Assembly (NCBI GenBank): GCA_024641665.1
Contig: JAHECP010000002.1
Span: 28,775 to 92,774 of the forward strand
DNA: 64,000 nt
Direction of reading: 5' to 3'
DNA from: Acidobacteriota bacterium
GTDB taxonomy: Bacteria > Acidobacteriota > Vicinamibacteria > Vicinamibacterales > JAHECP01
The position numbers were made by a program, and so were the translations under genes. Under the pieces are notes generated by a model. That model searched no databases. It was not told where the DNA came from and was given only the letters and a program-made list of their open reading frames with translations. Every line of letters starts with the position of its first letter. Within the stretch, counting starts at the first letter, position 1. This document shows positions 9,502 through 17,746 of the stretch, one piece after another.

Positions 9502-12144
9502 ATGACCATCAAGCGGATTGTGGCCTCGACGGTGATCCTCGCGGCACTGGCGGCTCCGACGTCCGCGGCGGCCGCCCAGACGCCGTCCCGCTTCGAGCTT
9601 GCGCGCGGCTGGCAGATCCAGTCGTCGGCCGCGGTTCGGGCAGCCGGCGAGAGCATCTCGACGCCGGCGTTCCGGCCCGACGGCTGGCATCCGGCGTCGG
9701 TGCCGTCAACGGTGCTCGCGGCGCTGGTCGAGGATCGCGTCTATCCCGATCCGTACTTCGGGATGAACCTGCGATCGATTCCTGGCACGTCCTATCCGAT
9801 CGGCCGCAACTTCTCGAATCTCGAGATCCCCGCCGACAGCCCGTTCCGCGTGTCGTGGTGGTACCGCAACGAGTTCCGGCTGCCGCCCGAAATGAAGGGA
9901 CGACGCCTGACGCTGCGCTTCGACGGGATCAACTATCGCGCGAACGTCTGGCTGAACGGCCGGCGGCTCGCTTCCTCTGACGAGCTCGCCGGGACGTACC
10001 GGCTGTTCGAGCTCGACGTCACCGCCGTCGTCTTGGGAGACCGCGCGAATGTGTTGGCCGTCGAGGTGTTTCCGCCCGGGCCCACGGATCTGGCGTGGAC
10101 GTGGGTGGATTGGAACCCGATGCCGCCCGACCGCGACATGGGCCTCTGGCGACCCGTCTCGCTCTCCGCCAGCGGCGACGTCGTCATCCGGCACCCGCTG
10201 GTCGCGTCGCGTGTCGCGCCGGCGCTCGATCGCGCGGACCTCACCGTGTCGGCCGACGTCCGCAATCTCACCGCACACGAGGTGCGCGGCGTGCTGCGCG
10301 GGCGGATCGAGCAGGTCGCGTTCGAGCAGCCCGTGACGCTCGGCCCGCACGAGACGCAGGTGGTGCGCTTTGCGCCGGATCGGTTCCCCGATCTGCGCGT
10401 CGAGCATCCGCGCCTGTGGTGGCCCGCCGACATGGGCGTGCCGAGCCTCTACCGACTCGATCTGCAGTTCGACTCGGGAGGGGAGACCTCGGATCGCCAG
10501 ACGATGAGGTTCGGGATCCGGGAGATCACCTCGGAGCTGACCGACACGGGCGCGCGGCTCTTCCGGATCAACGGCCGGCCGCTCCTCGTGCGCGGCGGCG
10601 GGTGGGCGCCCGACATGCTGCTGCGCGCACGGCCGGACCGGCAGGCGGCGGAGCTCGGCTACGTGCGCGACATGGGGCTCAACACCATCCGCCTCGAAGG
10701 CAAGCTCGAGGACGAGCACTTCTTCGACCTGGCCGACGAGTACGGCATCCTCGTCCTGGCCGGCTGGTGCTGCTGCGACCAGTGGGAGCAGTGGGCGAAG
10801 TGGACGCCGGAGAACCGCGAGGTCGCCGCCGCCTCCGAGCGCGATCAGATCTGCCGGCTGCGGGAACATCCGAGCGTGCTCGCGTGGCTCAACGGCAGCG
10901 ACAACCCGCCGCCCGCCGACGTCGAGCGGATGTACGTGGACATCCTGAAAGAGCTGGACTGGCCGAATCCGTATTTGTCCTCGGCGACGGCCCGGCCGAC
11001 GACGGTGACGGGCGCGAGCGGCGTCAAGATGAGCGGGCCGTACGACTGGGTGCCGCCGTCCTACTGGCTGCTCGACGCCTCGCGCGGCGGCGCGTTCGGG
11101 TTCAACACCGAGACGAGCCCGGGCCCCGCCGTGCCGCCGGTCGAGAGCCTGAAGCGGATGCTGCCGGCCGATCACCTGTGGCCGATCGACGACGTCTGGA
11201 ACTTCCACGCGGGCGGCGGGCGGTTCAAGACGATCGAGACCTTCACGACGGCGCTCGAGGCGCGCTACGGGAAGGCCGCCGGCGTGGACGACTACACGCG
11301 GAAGGCGCAGCTCATGACCTACGAGGGCGAGCGCGCCATGTTCGAGGCCTACACCCGCAACCGGTACACGGCGACGGGCGTCATCCAGTGGATGCTGAAC
11401 AACGCCTGGCCCGGCCTCATCTGGCACCTGTACGACTACTACCTGCGGCCGGGCGGCGGGTACTTCGGCACGAAGAAGGCGTGCGAGTCCGTGCACGTCC
11501 AGTACTCGTACGACGACCGCTCGGTGGTCGTCGCGAATGGCACCGGCGCGCGCCTGAGCGGCGCGACGGTGGCCGTCCGCGTGCTGAACCTCGACCTGAC
11601 GGAGAAGTTCTCGGCCACCCGCGCGATTGACGTGCCGGCCGACGTCAACGCCGTCGCGCTGACCGTCCCCGACGTGGCCGGCCTGTCATCCACCTACTTC
11701 GTGGATCTGCGGTTGACAGACGCCGCCGGCCACGCGCTGAGCACGAACTTCTACTGGCTCTCCACGAAACCCGACGAGCTGGACTGGGACAAGTCGACGT
11801 ACTACATCACGCCGGTTACGGCGTACGCCGATTTCACCGCGCTGAAGGATCTGCCGCCCGCGACCGTGCGGGCGGCGATGCGGGTCGAGCGGCAGGGCGA
11901 CCGCGAGGTGGCGCGCGTCACCATCTCGAATCCCGGGCGCACCCTGGCCTTCTTCGTCCGCCTGCAGATTGTGGAAGGGCCTGGCGGCGACGAGGTGCTG
12001 CCGGTGCTGTGGCAGGACAACTACGTGACGCTCGTGCCCGGCGAGACGCGCGAGCTCTCCGCGTCCTACGCCGTGCGGGATCTCGGCGCCGCGCCCGCCA
12101 CGCTCGTCGTCGAGGGCTGGAACGTGCCGCGCGTCGTCCGGTGA
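9502..12144 (+). CDS. secreted glycoside hydrolase family 2, exo-beta-D-glucosaminidase (CsxA)-like
   Basis: Signal peptide: MTIKRIVASTVILAALAAPTSAAAAQ. GH2 blocks: WWYRNEF, INYRANVWLNG, NTIRLEGKLEDEHFFDLADEYGILVLAGWCCCDQWEQW, IQWMLNNAWPGLIWHLYDYY. Confidence 0.85.
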   Translation: MTIKRIVASTVILAALAAPTSAAAAQTPSRFELARGWQIQSSAAVRAAGESISTPAFRPDGWHPASVPSTVLAALVEDRVYPDPYFGMNLRSIPGTSYPIGRNFSNLEIPADSPFRVSWWYRNEFRLPPEMKGRRLTLRFDGINYRANVWLNGRRLASSDELAGTYRLFELDVTAVVLGDRANVLAVEVFPPGPTDLAWTWVDWNPMPPDRDMGLWRPVSLSASGDVVIRHPLVASRVAPALDRADLTVSADVRNLTAHEVRGVLRGRIEQVAFEQPVTLGPHETQVVRFAPDRFPDLRVEHPRLWWPADMGVPSLYRLDLQFDSGGETSDRQTMRFGIREITSELTDTGARLFRINGRPLLVRGGGWAPDMLLRARPDRQAAELGYVRDMGLNTIRLEGKLEDEHFFDLADEYGILVLAGWCCCDQWEQWAKWTPENREVAAASERDQICRLREHPSVLAWLNGSDNPPPADVERMYVDILKELDWPNPYLSSATARPTTVTGASGVKMSGPYDWVPPSYWLLDASRGGAFGFNTETSPGPAVPPVESLKRMLPADHLWPIDDVWNFHAGGGRFKTIETFTTALEARYGKAAGVDDYTRKAQLMTYEGERAMFEAYTRNRYTATGVIQWMLNNAWPGLIWHLYDYYLRPGGGYFGTKKACESVHVQYSYDDRSVVVANGTGARLSGATVAVRVLNLDLTEKFSATRAIDVPADVNAVALTVPDVAGLSSTYFVDLRLTDAAGHALSTNFYWLSTKPDELDWDKSTYYITPVTAYADFTALKDLPPATVRAAMRVERQGDREVARVTISNPGRTLAFFVRLQIVEGPGGDEVLPVLWQDNYVTLVPGETRELSASYAVRDLGAAPATLVVEGWNVPRVVR

Positions 12145-12160
12145 CCGGTCGAGGCGATCG

Positions 12161-13288
12161 ATGACCCTGGCCCTCCGCGTCCTCGCCGGGCTCGTCGCCG
12201 GGTTCCTGCTCGGGCTCGGGCTCTCGGGCAGCGTGGCGCCGGCCGCCACGGCCACCATCGGCATTCTCACGCCGGTGGGTACCCTCTTCGTGAACCTGAT
12301 TCGGATGACGGCCCTGCCGCTCGTCGTCTCGATGCTCGTCGCGAGCATCGGGACGATGGCGGCGCCCGGGCGGCTCGGGCGCACGGGCGTGCGCGCCGTC
12401 CTGATCGCGATCGGGTTGCTCGCCGCCGCGGCGGCCGGCGGGCCGGCGCTGGCGCGCTGGCTCGTGGACCTGGTGCCGGAGAACGTTTTCAAGGCGGCGG
12501 CCGACGGCGCGATGCTCCCGGTGATCCTCTTCGCCGTGTTGTTCGGCCTCGCACTGGCCCGGGTGGGCGAAGAGCGGCGCGCGGCGGTGACGCGGGTCTT
12601 CGAAGGCGTCGCGGACGCGATGCAGCGACTCGTCGCCTGGATCCTGGAGCTGGCGCCGATCGGCGTGTTCGCGCTCGCGGTGCCGCTGGCGTCCCGGCTC
12701 GGCCTCTCGGCCGCCGGCGCCGTCGTCGCCTACATCGCGCTCGTCGTGGCGCTGACGATCGTCGCCGTGGCGGTGTTCCTGTACCCGCTCGGCATCCTGG
12801 CCGGACCGATGCCCGCGCGGGCGTTCGTGTCGTACTGCGCGCCGTCGCAGGCCATTGCCTTCGCGTCGCGGTCGTCGCTGGCCGCGCTGCCGGCGGCCGT
12901 CGAGGCCGCCGAGCAGGCAGGGCTGCCGCCGGCGAGCGCCCGGTTCATCCTGCCGCTGGCCGTGTCGATCTTCCACTTCGGCACCGCCGTCGCGCAGACG
13001 GTCGGCGCGCTGTTCCTCGCGCGGCTCTACGGCGTGACGCTGGGGCCGGCCGAAATCGCGACGCTCGTCGTGGCGGTCGTCCTCACCACCTTCGCCATCC
13101 CCGGCATTCCCGGCGGCAGCATCATCGCGATGGCTCCGGTGCTGGCGGCCGCGCACCTGCCGGTCGAGGGCATCGGCATCCTGCTCGCGGTGGACACGAT
13201 CCCCGACATGTTCCGGACGACCGCGAACCTCACCGGCGCCATGACGCTCGCGGCGATCCTGCGCGAGGAGAAGACGTCGTCACGCTGA
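12161..13288 (+). CDS. dicarboxylate/amino acid:cation symporter (DAACS, GltP/DctA family)
   Basis: Track ORF of 375 aa. Polytopic. DAACS-like blocks: SSLAALPAAVEAAEQAGLP, FILPLAVSIFHFGTA, IPGIPGGSIIAMAPVL, AVDTIPDMFRTTANLTG. It starts 17 nt after the GH2 gene. Confidence 0.85.
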   Translation: MTLALRVLAGLVAGFLLGLGLSGSVAPAATATIGILTPVGTLFVNLIRMTALPLVVSMLVASIGTMAAPGRLGRTGVRAVLIAIGLLAAAAAGGPALARWLVDLVPENVFKAAADGAMLPVILFAVLFGLALARVGEERRAAVTRVFEGVADAMQRLVAWILELAPIGVFALAVPLASRLGLSAAGAVVAYIALVVALTIVAVAVFLYPLGILAGPMPARAFVSYCAPSQAIAFASRSSLAALPAAVEAAEQAGLPPASARFILPLAVSIFHFGTAVAQTVGALFLARLYGVTLGPAEIATLVVAVVLTTFAIPGIPGGSIIAMAPVLAAAHLPVEGIGILLAVDTIPDMFRTTANLTGAMTLAAILREEKTSSR

Positions 13289-13513
13289 CACGGGTTGTCC
13301 ACGGCGTCCACCACGAAGGACACGACGACCACGAAGAGGTGGCCGGTCACGCTGCATTCGTGGATCACGTACGGCAACCACGATGGCGCGAAGGCCGCGC
13401 CGGCGACCTGCCGCCTCAGGCGGGGGTTGGCCCCGATGCGCACGTGGGAGAGCACGCGTTGCAGGCAGATCCGACACCGGGCGTGTCCTCCCGCGCGCGC
13501 ATCGGCGCCCGCC

Positions 13514-13550
13514 CGCGGTCTGGCCGGGGGAACGCAGCGGCCAGACCGCG
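13514..13550. terminator. 13-bp perfect hairpin in a non-coding gap between convergent genes
   Basis: CGCGGTCTGGCCG-(11 nt)-CGGCCAGACCGCG. There is no U-tract. It lies between the transporter stop (13288) and the stop of the small minus-strand ORF (13865). Confidence 0.25.
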
Positions 13551-13864
13551 CAGGTCGCCGGCGGTAGTTGAAGACACGAAGAGGTCGATCAGCGTGACGG
13601 TTTTCGTGCCCTTCCGTCACGCACCACATCGTGGCATCGTGGTGCCGTACGTAGGTCACGGATGCGGCGCGACAGCAAGGTCCTCGTGGCCCTCGTGCGC
13701 TTCGTGGTCAACCCTGCCGTGATCGCAGGTGCAGCGTGGCTGCGGGTACACATCCGGCGTGTCGGCGCGGCCCGGTGGCGTTGGAGACGCCGGGCGGCGT
13801 CGCAGGACGAGGCGGCAGACAGAGCAGGGGAGCGGACGCTGGGCCGGGGAGGACGCGCCGGCGG

Positions 13865-14035
13865 CTACTTCTCGACCTCGTAGCCGGTCTGGAAATCCGC
13901 GCCGCCGATCTTGCCGATCACACGGCCGTCGGCGACCGAGGTGATCCGCGCGACGTTGTACTTGTCGACGTCGAGCTTCGCGTTCTGGAACGTCAGGGTC
14001 TGTCCGTCCTTCGTCTTGATGATCACTGTCGGCAT
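13865..14035 (-). CDS. small hypothetical protein (56 aa), below the ORF-track length cut-off
   Basis: My own translation: MPTVIIKTKDGQTLTFQNAKLDVDKYNVARITSVADGRVIGKIGGADFQTGYEVEK. A strong SD (GAGGAG) lies 7 nt upstream of the ATG. The codon usage looks like real coding sequence. Confidence 0.5.
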   Translation of the reverse strand: MPTVIIKTKDGQTLTFQNAKLDVDKYNVARITSVADGRVIGKIGGADFQTGYEVEK

Positions 14036-14266
14036 GAGGTGCTCCTCAGCAATTCACGCGACCTGGCGCCGGCGACGGCGGCGACCCCTCGCGAGGCGCC
14101 CGCCACGGGGTGTCCCGTCCGGCATGGGGCGAAGGTCCGACCCGCTGGAACAGGCCGACTCGGGAGGATTCTACCAGAACGTGCGGGGCGCAACAGCGAT
14201 TCTGCTATCCTCGCCCCTGACAAGGCGGGGACCGATCACTCGGCCTGACACAGCCGGAGGCGGAAG

Positions 14267-15799
14267 ATGCAGCTGACGCGCAAGGGATTCTTCAACCTGA
14301 CGGCCGGCGCCGTCGCCGGCTCCGTGGCCCTGCCGACCCTGGCCGATGGCGGCACCGGACGCGCCGGCGCCTCGAGCGCGCACCCGGGCGCGGACGCGAG
14401 CAGGGCGCCGACCCAGGGCGTCACCCAGGCGGTCATCGACTTCATCAGGGCCGCCAGGCTCGACGCCATGCCGGCCGACGTCGTCGAGCAGGGCCGGCGC
14501 TGCCTGAGCGACGGCTTCGGCGTGATCCTCGCCGGCGAGACGACGGCGGGCAGTCGCATCCTCCGCGACTACGTGGCCGCCGACGTGGGCCGGCGCGAGG
14601 CCAGCGTGCTCGGCCCCGGGCGACTCCAGGCCTCGGCCGAGAAGGCGGCGCTCCTCAACGGCGCGTTCGGCCACGCCATGGACTTCGACGACACGCAGCT
14701 CTCGACGACGCCCGACCGGACCTACGGCCTGCTGACCCATCCCACCGTGCCCGCGCTCGCCTCGTCGCTCGCCGTGGCCGAGGCCGTCGGGGCGTCGGGC
14801 GCCAGGTTTCTCGAGGCGTTTCTCGTCGGCTTCGAGGTGGAGTGCAAGATCAGCGAGGCCATCGACCCGGTCCACTACAACCGCGGCTTCCATTCCACGG
14901 GGACCGTCGGCACGTTCGCCGGCGCCGCGGCGACGGCGAAGCTGCTCGCCCTCGAGCCGCCGGCGATCGCGCACGCCATCGCCATCGCGGCGAGCCTCGC
15001 CGCCGGCATCCGCGTGAACTTCGGGTCCATGACGAAGCCGCTCCACGCCGGACGCGCGGCCGCGAACGGCGTGTTCGCCGCCCTGCTCGCCTCGCACGGC
15101 TTCACCGGCGGCGACGACGCCCTGGACGGCCAGTGGGGCTTCTTCCAGGTCGAGGGCGGCGGCGCGGACGCTTCGCGCATCGTCGGCGTGCTCGGCAAGC
15201 CCTACACGATCGTCGACCCCGGCGTGTCGGTGAAGCCGTACCCGTGCGGCGTGCTGAGCCACCCCAGCATGGACGCGCTGCTGAAGGTCGTGACCGAACA
15301 CGACATCACGCCGGATCAGATCGCGCGCATCCGCCTGCGCGCCGGGTCGAACATCCTGGACCCGCTGCGCTACAAGACCGCGAAGACCGAGCTCGAGGCG
15401 AAGTTCTGCCTCCCGTTCCTGCTCTCGAGCATCGTGCTGAGACGAAAGGCGGGGATCCGCGAGTTCACCGACGAGTTCGTGCAGAGCGAGCCGGTGCAGC
15501 GGATGATGCCGAACGTCGAGACCGTGTTCGACTCGGAGATCGAGGCGAAGGGCTTCGACAAGATCCGGAGCGTCGTCGAGGTGTACCTGACGGACGGCCG
15601 TTCGTTCGTGCAGCCGTCCGACGACCGGTACCGGGGCGGGCCCGATCGGCCGTTCACGCGAGCCGAGCTGCACGACAAGTTCACCGACTGCGCGAGCCTG
15701 ACGCTCACCCGCGAGCAGATGGCGGCGAGCCTCGCGCGCATCGAGTCGGTCGAGCGCCTGGCGAGCGTCCGCGAGCTCGTCGCGCCCATGACGCCATGA
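14267..15799 (+). CDS. MmgE/PrpD-family protein with an N-terminal signal-like segment
   Basis: Track ORF of 510 aa. N-terminus MQLTRKGFFNLTAGAVAGSVALPTLA (Tat-like RK variant). PrpD-family blocks: LNGAFGHAMDFDD, GFHSTGTVGTFAGAAA, KPLHAGRAAANG, KPYPCG. Confidence 0.8.
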   Translation: MQLTRKGFFNLTAGAVAGSVALPTLADGGTGRAGASSAHPGADASRAPTQGVTQAVIDFIRAARLDAMPADVVEQGRRCLSDGFGVILAGETTAGSRILRDYVAADVGRREASVLGPGRLQASAEKAALLNGAFGHAMDFDDTQLSTTPDRTYGLLTHPTVPALASSLAVAEAVGASGARFLEAFLVGFEVECKISEAIDPVHYNRGFHSTGTVGTFAGAAATAKLLALEPPAIAHAIAIAASLAAGIRVNFGSMTKPLHAGRAAANGVFAALLASHGFTGGDDALDGQWGFFQVEGGGADASRIVGVLGKPYTIVDPGVSVKPYPCGVLSHPSMDALLKVVTEHDITPDQIARIRLRAGSNILDPLRYKTAKTELEAKFCLPFLLSSIVLRRKAGIREFTDEFVQSEPVQRMMPNVETVFDSEIEAKGFDKIRSVVEVYLTDGRSFVQPSDDRYRGGPDRPFTRAELHDKFTDCASLTLTREQMAASLARIESVERLASVRELVAPMTP

Positions 15800-17715
15800 A
15801 GCGCACACTCGTTCTCGTCGTCGTGGCCGCGCTGGCCGTGGGGCCGAGCGGCGCCGGCCAGCAGGGGACCGAGCCGTACGACGCCGTGCTCTTCGCCCAC
15901 AACCTGATGATCCCGATGCGGGACGGCGTGAAGCTGGCGACCGACGTCTACCGCCCGGCGTCGGGTGGCGTGCCGGTGGCCGAGAAGCTCCCGCTTCTGC
16001 TGCAGCGCACGCCGTACAACAAGGAGGGCGCGTCGCTCGTGGCGCAGGCCGAGGCCTTCGCCCGGCACGGCTACGTGGTGGCGCTCCAAGACGACCGCGG
16101 GACGTACGCGTCGGAAGGCGTGCAGATCAAGTACATCGGCTACGGCAAGGACGGATTCGACACCATCGAGTATCTGGCCGCCTTGCCGTACACCGACGGA
16201 CGGGTGGGGATGTGGGGAACCTCCTACGCAGCCCACGTCCAGGCGAGCGCCGCGATTGCCCATCCCCCGCACCTCAGGACCGCCGTGCTCAACTGCGGCG
16301 GGCTCTACAACGGGTGGCTCTACAAGATCCGGAACCACGGCGCGTTCGAGCTGGCGCAGCAGGTCGGCTGGGCGTTCGGGCAGCTCGCCGCGCAGACGGC
16401 CGACCCCGCGGTGCGCGAGGTGTTCCGGCGCGAGAAGGCCGTCGACTGGGTCGGCAATCTCCACGGCAAGCGAGGGCTGACGCCGCTCGCGCTCGCGCCG
16501 AACGTCGAGGGCTACATCTACGACATGATGACGCGGAGCGACTACGACGATTACTGGCGGCAGCCGGACGTGAACTGGTCGGTGGCGTTCGCCGAGACCG
16601 CCGACATCCCGATGCTGCTCATCACCGGCTGGTACGACTCGTACACGATGGGCACGATTGCCAACTACGTCGGCCTGTCGGCAACCAAGAAGTCGCCCGT
16701 GCGGCTGCTCGTCGGCCCGTGGACGCACGGCGCGAGCACCGTGTCGCACGCGGGCGACCTGGAGTTCGGGCCCGGCGCCGCCATCGACGACTTCGCGACC
16801 GGCTTCCACCTCCGCTGGTTCGATCACTTTCTCAAGGGGCGGCCGACGCCGGCCGCCGACGACCCGCCCGTGCGGCTGTTCGTGATGGGAACCGGAGACG
16901 GCCACAAGGATGCGAGCGGGCGGCTGTTCCACGGCGGCTACTGGACAACGGCCGCGAGCTGGCCGCCGCCCGGCGTGCATCCGCTCGCGCTCTATCTGCA
17001 TGCCGGCGGGACGCTCAGCGATCGCGAGGCCGACGCGGGCGTCAGGCCGACGACCTACACTTACGACCCCCGCCATCCGGTGCCCACGATCGGCGGGTCC
17101 TTCTCGCCGCAGCGCGGCATGGTGGCGGCCGGAGGCTACGATCAGCGGGAGCGCGAGTTCACCGGTGACGAGACCAGGGGCTTCTACGGCTCGCGGCCGC
17201 CGTACCTGCCACTGGCCGCGCGGCCCGACGTGCTCGTCTTCCAGACCGAGCCGCTGGCCGAGGACGTCGAGGTCGTCGGGCCGGTCGAGGTCACGCTCTT
17301 CGTCGCGTCGACCGCCGTCGACACCGACTTCACCGCCAAGCTCGTCGATCTCTACCCGCCGAGCGCCGACTACCCGTCGGGCTACGCGCTGAACGTCACC
17401 GACGGCATCACGCGGGCGCGCTATCGCAACTCGCCTGAACGGCAGGAGCTGATGACGCCCGGCCAGGTGTACCGCGTGACCATCGATCCCTTCCCCACGG
17501 CCAACGTGTTCAAGAAGGGCCACCGGATCCGGCTCGACATCTCGAGCAGCAACTTCCCCCGGTTCGACGTGAACCCGAACAGCGGCGAGCCGCTCGGGCA
17601 GGACCACCGGGTGGTGGTCGCCGAGAACACCGTCTACCACGACGCCCGGCACCCGTCGCGGCTGGTGCTGTCGGTGCGGCCGCGGCTCGCCTCGGCACGC
17701 GGTCCCGGCCGATAA
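15796..17715 (+). CDS. CocE/NonD-family hydrolase (S15 X-Pro dipeptidyl-peptidase-like), secreted
   Basis: Starts at MKRTLVLVVVAALAVGPSGAGQ, with an ATGA overlap onto the PrpD-like stop. Family blocks: MRDGVKLATDVYRP, LLQRTPYNK, GMWGTSYAA, ITGWYD, RIRLDISSSNFPRFD. Confidence 0.85.
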   Translation: MKRTLVLVVVAALAVGPSGAGQQGTEPYDAVLFAHNLMIPMRDGVKLATDVYRPASGGVPVAEKLPLLLQRTPYNKEGASLVAQAEAFARHGYVVALQDDRGTYASEGVQIKYIGYGKDGFDTIEYLAALPYTDGRVGMWGTSYAAHVQASAAIAHPPHLRTAVLNCGGLYNGWLYKIRNHGAFELAQQVGWAFGQLAAQTADPAVREVFRREKAVDWVGNLHGKRGLTPLALAPNVEGYIYDMMTRSDYDDYWRQPDVNWSVAFAETADIPMLLITGWYDSYTMGTIANYVGLSATKKSPVRLLVGPWTHGASTVSHAGDLEFGPGAAIDDFATGFHLRWFDHFLKGRPTPAADDPPVRLFVMGTGDGHKDASGRLFHGGYWTTAASWPPPGVHPLALYLHAGGTLSDREADAGVRPTTYTYDPRHPVPTIGGSFSPQRGMVAAGGYDQREREFTGDETRGFYGSRPPYLPLAARPDVLVFQTEPLAEDVEVVGPVEVTLFVASTAVDTDFTAKLVDLYPPSADYPSGYALNVTDGITRARYRNSPERQELMTPGQVYRVTIDPFPTANVFKKGHRIRLDISSSNFPRFDVNPNSGEPLGQDHRVVVAENTVYHDARHPSRLVLSVRPRLASARGPGR

Positions 17716-17746
17716 CCAGCACGTCGTGCCGGGCTTCAGCCCGACT

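Noticed and set aside
13027-13659. 210-aa minus-strand ORF
   Set aside because: Its 3' 260 nt run antisense through the DAACS transporter gene. It has no SD and its composition is largely low-complexity. At most it is a relic.
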